The position numbers and the translations under genes were made by a program. Source: an uncultured Oscillospiraceae bacterium (GTDB lineage Bacteria > Bacillota > Clostridia > Saccharofermentanales > UBA5734). Taken from it: DNA of 64,000 nucleotides. The notes under the pieces were generated by a model, which was given only the letters and a program-made list of their open reading frames with translations, did no database searches and was not told where the DNA came from. How positions within the stretch are numbered: the first letter of the stretch is position 1; each line of letters starts with the position of its first letter. Location: NCBI GenBank assembly GCA_964465385.1, contig CAYXIM010000001.1:3443-67442 (forward strand), written 5' to 3'. Below are positions 56,863-64,000 of this stretch, piece by piece.

Positions 56863-58413
56863 TTAATCAGGCAAAACGGGAATGACGAGCACGTCACCGA
56901 CCCTGATCACGGCATTGGTGATCTGGCCGTCCGCCGTTGTGTAATCAATGTCGTTGGCATCCAGAATCAGCCGGCTGTATTCCCAGGAACCACTGCCATA
57001 GTATTTGACCGCAATGCTCCAGGGGGTGTCTCCGGCGACAACCGTATGTCGAGCCAGGATGCTTCCATCCGGCGGCTGCGTGGCGCTTGTTTCCTGACCG
57101 GAAGTGGTTTCCTGGCCACTCTGCTCACTGCCGGTTTCCTGCGTCTGGCCGCCGGTCGGATCGGTTTGCTCTCCGGACGGCGTCGGACTGGCTGAATCGG
57201 TGGTTGTCTCAACCGATTCCGTTGTGACACCAGGTTTGTCCGTTTCTTTGGGGGCCTTGGGTTTGCCAAAGATCATCTGGTAAATCAAGACCAGACAGGC
57301 GATACAGATGGCAGCGATGATCACATAAAAGGCAATGCGTCGGCCACGGCCGTAGGCATCGATTTCATCCCCAAAGAGATCTTCGTCATCGTGGTCATCG
57401 AAATAGGCCGGTTCGGTCCGTTCAGGGACCGGACCTTCCTGAAGCGGGTCTGTTTGTGTGTACATGAGGGCAGGCATGGGCTCGTCTGCTTCGTCCGCTT
57501 GTGCCTGGGGCCATTCTTCCTCGCGCGGTTTGGGCCGCCCGAAAAGGGCATCTGAACGGCTTGTCTGACCCAGGCCCAAAAAGGCCGCCGTGTCGGCATG
57601 GCTCTTGGTCAGGCCCAGCCGGCCGGTGCGCTCGGCACTGAAAATATTCTCAACGAAGCCGATCATGAACTGCATGGGTGTGCCGGGCAGCTTGGCTGCG
57701 GCCGCCGTCATGACCATGCCGGCCGCATCTGCCTGGTCATCTGCTTCATAAAGCATGCGCAGGACCTCACGCTGGCCCAGCGCCTGCATGACCTCCCGGT
57801 TGCAGACGATCAGGCAGTCGTCCATCTGCAGCTGGGCGATGTTGGAGTAACGGACCGTCCCCGCCACCCCGGCACTGTACATGTCCAGGTTGTCAACTGC
57901 TTTACCGGAAAAATCGATGGCTTCCATGGGAAAATCATCCGTCGTCAAGGGGTAGAGCACATCGTTGCGGTAGAGGTAGGCACAACCACCCCCCATGGTG
58001 ACCGCCGCCAGTTCTGCATCACGGACCAGGATGCCCGCAAAATACGGCTGCCTCATGCCGTCGTGTTTGAGGGCCATGCGGCCCACCACCGAAACAGCAC
58101 ACTCGGCCAGTTCATTGATTTCAGCATCAATGTTGTGGGCCGGGTCTTTTATTTCTGTCATGATTTTATCAAGGTGCTGGCGCACAGGTGCGGCAACCGA
58201 CCCATCGGCCTCACCGCCAGACAGCCTGGCAAACACACCTAGAAAAAACCCGCGGTCTTCACGGTCCAGGGTGATGTCTGCCGCCCGGTGCTCCCTGCGC
58301 CCGGACAAACGGCCATCCAGATAAAAACGATCCGTTGCACCAGATGTCGGGTAATAACGGGCCGTGACCGTTGTTGCCAGGCGCGTTGTCGCAGCCTTCG
58401 GTTGTTTAGCCAT
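56863..58413 (-). CDS. membrane protein: cytoplasmic PP2C-like (apparently catalytically dead) domain, one TM, Thr/Ser/Gln/Glu/Gly-rich spacer, extracellular LysM
   Basis: 516 aa with GAGGAGG RBS. PP2C-like blocks: FFLGVFARLSGGEADGSVAA, AAVTMGGGCAYLYRNDVLYPLTTDDF, DDCLIVCNREV. TM: IAFYVIIAAICIACLVLIYQMIF. LysM: HTVVAGDTPWSIAVKYYG...IRVGDVLVIP. Confidence 0.75.
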   Translation of the reverse strand: MAKQPKAATTRLATTVTARYYPTSGATDRFYLDGRLSGRREHRAADITLDREDRGFFLGVFARLSGGEADGSVAAPVRQHLDKIMTEIKDPAHNIDAEINELAECAVSVVGRMALKHDGMRQPYFAGILVRDAELAAVTMGGGCAYLYRNDVLYPLTTDDFPMEAIDFSGKAVDNLDMYSAGVAGTVRYSNIAQLQMDDCLIVCNREVMQALGQREVLRMLYEADDQADAAGMVMTAAAAKLPGTPMQFMIGFVENIFSAERTGRLGLTKSHADTAAFLGLGQTSRSDALFGRPKPREEEWPQAQADEADEPMPALMYTQTDPLQEGPVPERTEPAYFDDHDDEDLFGDEIDAYGRGRRIAFYVIIAAICIACLVLIYQMIFGKPKAPKETDKPGVTTESVETTTDSASPTPSGEQTDPTGGQTQETGSEQSGQETTSGQETSATQPPDGSILARHTVVAGDTPWSIAVKYYGSGSWEYSRLILDANDIDYTTADGQITNAVIRVGDVLVIPVLPD

Positions 58414-58488
58414 GGAGAACCTCCTCGGGGATGATTCGGTTGATCAAGCGCCTGTCCCAGCCGGAAGCAGGGCTTATTATTGGTTCAT

Positions 58489-58497
58489 ATTATACCA
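58489..58497 (-). promoter_or_regulatory. extended -10 promoter of the PP2C-like/LysM gene
   Basis: Minus strand reads TGGTATAAT, about 75 nt upstream of ATG 58413. Confidence 0.5.
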
Positions 58498-58632
58498 CAG
58501 GGCTTCACACGCAATATGACAGATTCTTATCAATTTTTTAAAGTGGCCGCCCGCCTGGCTGTGGAAAAGCAGGTCCGCTTTTCTTGTCGGCCTGCGACTT
58601 TTTGTGTATCATGAGGTGCGAGGTTCAAACCC

Positions 58633-60570
58633 ATGCCTTTTGAATGTCTACGATCCCGAAAAAAACGGTTCCGCCTGGCCAAAGCCTTGTCTTTGGCCCT
58701 GGTTTTTGTTGCCATCTGTGGGCTGCCTGCCCCCCTGGCTGCGCTGGCAAGCCCGCTTGACTCACAGCCGGTACAGCTGGCTGCGGGAAAGCTGCACAGT
58801 GCCCTGCTCTTGCAGGATGGTTCGCTTTACACCTGGGGAGACAACAGCTATGGCCAGCTGGGTTTTCATGACGTCTCCTACCAGGACCAGCCCAGAAAAT
58901 TGCCTTGGCCGGACCGCATCAAATCAGTCAGCCTGGGCGCCGACCACACAGTGTTTGTGACCGAGCAGGGACACGCCTATGCCATGGGCCGCAACGCGTT
59001 CGGCCAGCTGGGCGATGGCAGCACCCAGCCCAGCGCAAGCCCGGTTCGCGTGTCTGGCCTGACCGGCGTCCAGACTGTCTCTTGCGGCCTGTGGCATGCC
59101 CTGGCCCTGTTGGAAGACGGCAGCGTCTGGGGCTGGGGAGATAATTCTTTTTCACAGCTGGGCAGCCTGCCAGGTGAAGCTATTCTGGATACGGCAGGAG
59201 CCCGTATTGGCCACCGCCACACCCAGCCGGTTCGCATCATCAGCGAGGGTGCGGCCCTGATCGAAGCTGGCGGGTCTTTTTCCCTCTATGCGGATCAGCA
59301 GGGCGTTCTTTATGCCTGGGGCAACAATGACCGCGGCCAGCTGGGTGACGGCACCCAGGAAACGCGCACCGACCCCACGGCTGTTTTGGGCTTGTCTCAG
59401 GTTCGCCTGGTTTCCGCCGGCTACCAGTCAGTGCTGGCTGTCGTCCATACGGCAGGTGTGGACCAGCTTTATGCCTGGGGCGACAACAGCCTGGGCCAGC
59501 TGGGCACGGATGATGTGTCCACGGGGGACGCCTTTCAGCCCCTGGCCCTGCACCTGCCCCTGGACGCTGCCACACCGGCGCCTGTTGAAACCATCCGCCA
59601 CATCAGCATGGGTTACAGCCATGCCCTGATCTCAGTCGAGATCCCGGCTGCCAACGGCGGCCAGCGGGAAAGCCTGCTGGCCTGGGGAGACAACGCCGTC
59701 GGTCAGTTGGCTTTGGGTGATGCCCTGTCCAGAAGCAAACCGACCCTTTTAGCCGGCAGCTATGACGGCTTTTCCGGGTCTGCTTTTTTGCCCTTTGATG
59801 CCCTCGCCTGCGGCGGCGGCCACACCCTGGTGCTCAGCAGCATGGGCCTTCTGGCCACCTCCGGCCGGGGAGAGCGCGGTCAGCTGGGCACCCGTTCCAT
59901 CTTGAACCGCCTGGTCCTGACCCCGGTGCCGATAGCGGACGTGATCCGGCCGGGCTGGGTCGAGGGCGCCCGGGCAGCGGTGAGCCGCCAGGAAGATCAG
60001 TCCGTGGTCATCCGCTGGCCGGCCGCCCAGGACAACATCCAGCTGGCTGGTTACCGGTTGGAGATAGCGGCTTCGGACGGCAGCCACACCCACCAGGACG
60101 TCGGTTTGGCGCAGACCTGGACACTGCCGGCACGTTCAAAATCGGACGCCCTGCTGGTCACCGTCGTTGCCTACGACCTTGACAACCAGCAAGCCCCATG
60201 GGACCAGCTCAGCCACCTCATGGCCTATCTGCCACCGGCTGACCAGCCCCTGGCCCCTGCTTCAGCTTATTTCGACAACCCCGTCCTGAGCGTGCCCCTG
60301 ATCGATGCCGCCAGCCACAACTGGCGGCCTGACCCGGCCGGCCGCCTGCAGGCCCTGCTGGTGCCCTGGGACCTGCACCAGCTGCTTGACGCCGATGCCC
60401 TGCCGGTGCCCCCCCGTTTTGACTGGCCCATCCGCTTGGCCCTTTTTTCAGCCGTTTTGCTGGTTCTGGTCCTGATCCTGGCCTTGTGGGGCCGCCGACA
60501 CAAAAAAAAGACGGCCCCGGTGGCCGATACGTCTGCTCCCGTTCCCATCAAGCGAATCAGCTCATCGTAA
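58633..60570 (+). CDS. secreted, C-terminally anchored RCC1-repeat beta-propeller protein with Fn3-like domain
   Basis: 645 aa. Signal peptide: LALVFVAICGLPAPLAALA/SP. Seven RCC1 signatures. Fn3-like segment: VVIRWPAAQDNIQLAGYRLEI. C-terminal TM LALFSAVLLVLVLILALW plus RRHKKK stop-transfer. Confidence 0.88.
   Translation: MPFECLRSRKKRFRLAKALSLALVFVAICGLPAPLAALASPLDSQPVQLAAGKLHSALLLQDGSLYTWGDNSYGQLGFHDVSYQDQPRKLPWPDRIKSVSLGADHTVFVTEQGHAYAMGRNAFGQLGDGSTQPSASPVRVSGLTGVQTVSCGLWHALALLEDGSVWGWGDNSFSQLGSLPGEAILDTAGARIGHRHTQPVRIISEGAALIEAGGSFSLYADQQGVLYAWGNNDRGQLGDGTQETRTDPTAVLGLSQVRLVSAGYQSVLAVVHTAGVDQLYAWGDNSLGQLGTDDVSTGDAFQPLALHLPLDAATPAPVETIRHISMGYSHALISVEIPAANGGQRESLLAWGDNAVGQLALGDALSRSKPTLLAGSYDGFSGSAFLPFDALACGGGHTLVLSSMGLLATSGRGERGQLGTRSILNRLVLTPVPIADVIRPGWVEGARAAVSRQEDQSVVIRWPAAQDNIQLAGYRLEIAASDGSHTHQDVGLAQTWTLPARSKSDALLVTVVAYDLDNQQAPWDQLSHLMAYLPPADQPLAPASAYFDNPVLSVPLIDAASHNWRPDPAGRLQALLVPWDLHQLLDADALPVPPRFDWPIRLALFSAVLLVLVLILALWGRRHKKKTAPVADTSAPVPIKRISSS
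58771..59889 (+). repeat. seven tandem RCC1 blades (coding repeat)
   Basis: Signatures: WGDNSYGQLG, MGRNAFGQLG, WGDNSFSQLG, WGNNDRGQLG, WGDNSLGQLG, WGDNAVGQLA, SGRGERGQLG, at ~50-60-aa spacing. Boundaries are approximate. Confidence 0.8.
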
Positions 60571-62328
60571 GAGTTCCCGGTGCATCATTTCCGGCAACAA
60601 CAGGCTGGACGTTAAAATATTCAGCATGGCCGTGATGTCAGCCTGAAACTGGTCGACGGCCTGCCAACGCGTGTGCCGGTCTGGCGGACACAGGCCATAG
60701 CGACACCACTGGTCATGCAGAGGGGTGTCTTGCCAGAGCGTGCGCAGCTGGTTGAAGAACCGCTGTGACAAGCCAAAAGCAACCGCGTAGGCAAAATAGG
60801 CCCGTTGCTGGTCTGCATCAGGGGGCGGTTGCTGCCGGTCCAGGTGGCGCAGCTTGCCCACCAGGGCCCGCCCGTCTTTGAGCTGCCGGCGGCCATGAGG
60901 TGTCAGGCGCCGGATGGTCAGGCTGTAAACCCAAAAACCGACACCCACGGCAAACAGGACCAGGGCCAGGGTGATCTTGAAGACAAGGAAAAACACCAGC
61001 GACAAGAGCACATAGCACAAGGCCAGCAGGCGCGTGGCCCGTTGGCCACGCCTGGTCTTGTCGGGGTCGATCAGGTTTTGTTCGGAAAGCTCATGGGTCA
61101 GCAGGTGCTGAAAAATCCGGTAGCGGTTGCGAAAAGCTGCAGCGGTTTCCCGGTGGCGCGCGTAGCGGCGCACATCGGCAATGCCCAGGCTGCCATCCGT
61201 GGACAGCTCTTGAAAAAACCAGTCCAGCAGGTAGGCTTCGGTCTGGCTGACAGGCTCAGTTGGCGGGTCTGGCTGCTGGCACAAGGTGAAAACGGTGCCG
61301 TCCAGTGACAGCCTGCCCCGTTCGGTCAAATCCAGCAGCAGGCTGAGCATGAGATGCGCAGGCTTGAAATGACGCATCAGCAAGGCCAGCAGGTAGGGTG
61401 GACAGGCTTTTGGGGGGTCGGCAGCGGGTGCCTTGGGCTCCGGGAAGGCCCCTTCGCGGTCGAAGAGCCAGTAGAGCAGACAGGCAATCAGAGCCGCCAG
61501 GGCCACGCAGATCAAGATGATCTGGGTGGCGGCCTGCCGCACCTGGTGCAGGCGCAAGGCCAGCCTTTCCTCATGAACGGCCCGGGCCTGCAAGGTGGCC
61601 GCCCGTTTCATGGGGTCCGCATGGCTTGCGTTAGAAAAAGCATCTGCGGGCAGCAGCAAGGTCAAGGTCAGCGTGTGAGCGGCCGGCAGGCGCTGGGCAC
61701 GGAAGGTGAGGGTGCTGGCATCGGCCTGGGCGAGCACAAAGGGGGACAGGCTGGCGGCATGGTGCCAGGCCTGGCTGAGGTCACAGCCGGCTGTGCAGCT
61801 GATGTGGACTGTTGCCTGGTCAATCAGGCCGGTGGCCTGCAAGGGGTCAAAAAAGCGGCCTTCAAAAGCTGCGGTATCGACATGTTGCAAGACCGCATGG
61901 TCCAGGCTGTAGTCCAGCACCAGCGTGCGCTGCATGCCGGCTTGCAGGGCCAAAGTCAGGTCCAGTTGCTTTTTTTTACTTGAAACGTCCAGGGTGTAAG
62001 TCATGGCCTGGCCAGGCACGGTGGCCGGCAAGAGCTCCAGCTCCTGCCCGCCTGTCTCCTGACCGCTCTGGTCAATCAGGCGGATTTTTTCGATGGTCAT
62101 CTGCTGGTCACCGGTCTGGTAGAGCATGGACAGCCTGCGCAGCTCCGTCAAGGTTTCCAGCTGGATGCGTTCGGTCACATGTGACCGGCCGTCTTCATCC
62201 AACAGGACCGAGATGCTGTAGTCTGCCACATGAAAAGAGCCGGTCGAGGCTTCAACCGGGGCCACACAAAAGCCAATCACCAGCAAGATTGGAAGGATGG
62301 CATGGCACCATCTGTTTTTGAAAAACAT
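60562..62328 (-). CDS. DUF2207-like membrane protein
   Basis: ORF 60562..62367. I prefer ATG 62328, after AGAGGTA. It has a signal/anchor, then an N-terminal extracytoplasmic domain (FHVADYSISVLLDEDGRSHVTERIQLE), then three or more TM segments. Family assignment is from memory. Confidence 0.7.
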   Translation of the reverse strand: MFFKNRWCHAILPILLVIGFCVAPVEASTGSFHVADYSISVLLDEDGRSHVTERIQLETLTELRRLSMLYQTGDQQMTIEKIRLIDQSGQETGGQELELLPATVPGQAMTYTLDVSSKKKQLDLTLALQAGMQRTLVLDYSLDHAVLQHVDTAAFEGRFFDPLQATGLIDQATVHISCTAGCDLSQAWHHAASLSPFVLAQADASTLTFRAQRLPAAHTLTLTLLLPADAFSNASHADPMKRAATLQARAVHEERLALRLHQVRQAATQIILICVALAALIACLLYWLFDREGAFPEPKAPAADPPKACPPYLLALLMRHFKPAHLMLSLLLDLTERGRLSLDGTVFTLCQQPDPPTEPVSQTEAYLLDWFFQELSTDGSLGIADVRRYARHRETAAAFRNRYRIFQHLLTHELSEQNLIDPDKTRRGQRATRLLALCYVLLSLVFFLVFKITLALVLFAVGVGFWVYSLTIRRLTPHGRRQLKDGRALVGKLRHLDRQQPPPDADQQRAYFAYAVAFGLSQRFFNQLRTLWQDTPLHDQWCRYGLCPPDRHTRWQAVDQFQADITAMLNILTSSLLLPEMMHRELLR

Positions 62329-62424
62329 CAATACCTCTGAACAGGGGTGTCTGTGTCCGGCCTTCAAGGTCTAGGGCTGCCACCCCTTGTTTCGTGTGCC
62401 TGGGCTCGGTTGTGGTAGGCATCC

Positions 62425-62500
62425 TGGTGGAGAATATCGGGTTCGAACCGACGACCTCTTACATGCGAAGCAAGCGCTCTCCCAGCTGAGCTAATTCCCC
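62425..62500 (-). tRNA. tRNA-Ala (anticodon CGC), CCA encoded
   Basis: GGGGAATTAGCTCAGCTGGGAGAGCGCTTGCTTCGCATGTAAGAGGTCGTCGGTTCGAACCCGATATTCTCCACCA folds by hand into a cloverleaf. It has the G3:U70 alanine identity pair, a TTCGAAC T-loop and anticodon loop TTCGCAT. Confidence 0.95.
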
Positions 62501-62513
62501 AAGGCATGTGCCC

Positions 62514-62542
62514 ATTATAAAAAGGCTGTTTCCAGCTGTCAA
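62514..62542 (-). promoter_or_regulatory. consensus sigma-A promoter of tRNA-Ala
   Basis: Minus strand reads TTGACA - 17 nt - TATAAT, ending 13 nt before the mature tRNA 5' end. Confidence 0.75.
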
Positions 62543-62548
62543 GCGGGC

Positions 62549-64000
62549 CTAGTCTGCCGGCAGCCCCTGTGAGGCGGCTTTTTCCAGCTCAGCGCGTTCC
62601 AGGGCAATGAAGTCTGTCTTGCCCACCTTGGTTTTGGGCAGCTCTGTCATGAAGGCAAGGGCCTTGGGCACCGCGTAGGGCAAGAGTTTTTGCCGGCAGG
62701 CCGCCAGCACCTGGGCTTGAAGCTGTTCGTGATCGCTGATGGCCTGGTCTGCCACCACAAAGGCTTTGGGGACCTGCATTTTATAGGCATGGGGCATGCC
62801 GACCACACAAGCCGCCACAACACCCGGGACAGACAAGATCACCTCTTCCACCTGGGAGGGAAAAACCGGTATGCCAGACACCTTGATGATGCGCTTGATC
62901 CGCTGTTTGAAGTGGAAGTAACCATCTTCATCCATGTAACCCAGATCGCCCGTGTGAACCCAATCCTGGCCATCGGGATGCCTGCGCACCGTTTCGGCCG
63001 TTGCCTGGGGATCGTTCAGGTAGCCCAGCATGGTGGTTGGCCCACTGATGCAAAATTCGCCGTCGGTGCCAACCGGCAGCTCCTGTGTGGTGTTGGGTTT
63101 GACGACTTTCATGCGGATGTCTGCCAGGGGCAGGCCCACTGTTTCTGATCGGTTGTCCAGCATGGGGTTGACACAGCAGACGGTCACGGTTTCGGTCAGG
63201 CCGTATCCCTCGCGCAAGGTGACGGTGCCCTTGCGTTCCCGGACGAAATGATCAAAGCGTTTTTTAAGGTCAGACGGCAGGGAGTCGCCGCCTGAAAAAA
63301 TCGCTTTCAGACAAGACAGGTCGGCTTTTTCCAGCTTGCGGCTGCTCAACAGGCCTTCGTAAAGGGTGGGCACAGCAGCCAGCAAAGACGGCTTTTCACA
63401 CCGGATGATGCTGGCCAGCCGGTCAGGGGAAAACTGGGGCACCAGAATGCAGCGCATGCCGTTGAACAAAATCGTGTGAAGCCCGATGCCCAGGCCAAAG
63501 CCATGAAAGAGCGGCAGGATGGCCACCATGGACAGGCCCCTGGGGTCGAAGGAACCATCAACCGGCGAGCCGATCAACTGGGGGCCCTGGTGGGCCAGGA
63601 CATTGAAGTGGTGGGAGGATAACTGGATGGTCTTGGGCGAGCCGGTGGTGCCTCCGCTGTGCAGGTAAACCGCACAGGCCTGGGGATCAATCTGCCGCTG
63701 GCCGTCCGGCAGCGCTTGCGCCCCGGTAAGAAAAGCTGCCCAGGTCACAGCTTCAGGTCCCAGGGGACCGTGTTTGATCTTGCGCCCCTTGGTCAGCCAG
63801 AAGCCCGCTTTCAGCGTGGGCTTGAGGTAGTCCATGATGGAGCAGACGATGGTGTGCCGGATGCCGGATGTGACCAGGTTGGCCTGGTGCTGGCCTAACA
63901 AGCCATCCAGGATAATCAAGACCGTGCTCTTGGTCGTACGGGTGATGTGCTTGAGTTCATGGGCCGTCGTCAGGGGGTGGACCATGTTGCAAATCCCGCC
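62549..64000 (-). CDS. AMP-dependent acyl-CoA synthetase/ligase, N-terminally truncated by the window edge
   Basis: The frame is open to position 64000 (GGICNMVHPL...). AMP-binding motif YLHSGGTTGSPK, GYGLTET, TGDLGYMDEDGYF, KVGKTD. About 60-80 N-terminal residues are missing. Confidence 0.85.
   Translation of the reverse strand, partial: GGICNMVHPLTTAHELKHITRTTKSTVLIILDGLLGQHQANLVTSGIRHTIVCSIMDYLKPTLKAGFWLTKGRKIKHGPLGPEAVTWAAFLTGAQALPDGQRQIDPQACAVYLHSGGTTGSPKTIQLSSHHFNVLAHQGPQLIGSPVDGSFDPRGLSMVAILPLFHGFGLGIGLHTILFNGMRCILVPQFSPDRLASIIRCEKPSLLAAVPTLYEGLLSSRKLEKADLSCLKAIFSGGDSLPSDLKKRFDHFVRERKGTVTLREGYGLTETVTVCCVNPMLDNRSETVGLPLADIRMKVVKPNTTQELPVGTDGEFCISGPTTMLGYLNDPQATAETVRRHPDGQDWVHTGDLGYMDEDGYFHFKQRIKRIIKVSGIPVFPSQVEEVILSVPGVVAACVVGMPHAYKMQVPKAFVVADQAISDHEQLQAQVLAACRQKLLPYAVPKALAFMTELPKTKVGKTDFIALERAELEKAASQGLPAD

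Noticed and set aside
56863-62500. A tRNA-Ala-adjacent genomic island carrying the LysM/RCC1/DUF2207 genes.
   Set aside because: There is no integrase, excisionase or mobility gene. I could find no direct repeat of the tRNA 3' end at the far boundary. Base composition and promoter/RBS style are indistinguishable from the flanking core genes.

Overview
GC-rich chromosomal window with Firmicutes/Clostridia-type gene order and signals: yceD-rpmF, DUF512-der-typA, mltG-U32, pta-ackA, ddl-murI, recJ-relA, AGGAGG ribosome-binding sites, and many TGnTAnAAT extended -10 boxes. Taxonomy is inference only. I call 52 protein-coding regions (two cut by the window edges, one a 28-codon candidate), one tRNA-Ala(CGC), several intrinsic terminators and sigma-A-like promoters. 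About three quarters of the genes are on the minus strand.

Content is mainly housekeeping:
- Replication and repair: ligA, recJ.
- Translation: proS, tyrS, alaS, typA, der, rpmF, rpsT, rpsU, tmcAL, rnj.
- Cell wall: ddl, murI, mltG.
- Central metabolism: pta, ackA, glgP, serA plus a class-V aminotransferase.
- Stringent response: relA.
- A three-gene sugar ABC importer.

I saw no rRNA, CRISPR array, transposase, integrase, phage or recognisable defence genes.

Observations most worth follow-up:
1. A perfect 19-bp inverted repeat brackets a 197-bp cassette with a strongly initiated 28-codon hydrophobic ORF, directly upstream of a 7-TM HD-GYP c-di-GMP phosphodiesterase. It could be an invertible switch, a long-range RNA helix or small toxin/pheromone locus, or a MITE.
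2. A translationally coupled operon of three function-unknown families: DUF1015, an FAD oxidoreductase, and a DUF2298 'YYY' GT-C-like giant membrane protein.
3. A PocR-AraC regulator in an operon with an orphan B12-binding corrinoid protein and no methyltransferase partner.
4. A membrane-anchored PP2C-like pseudophosphatase with an extracellular LysM domain, divergently paired with a surface-anchored seven-bladed RCC1 propeller.

All calls come from reading the sequence and the ORF translations by eye. No database search or folding computation was run.
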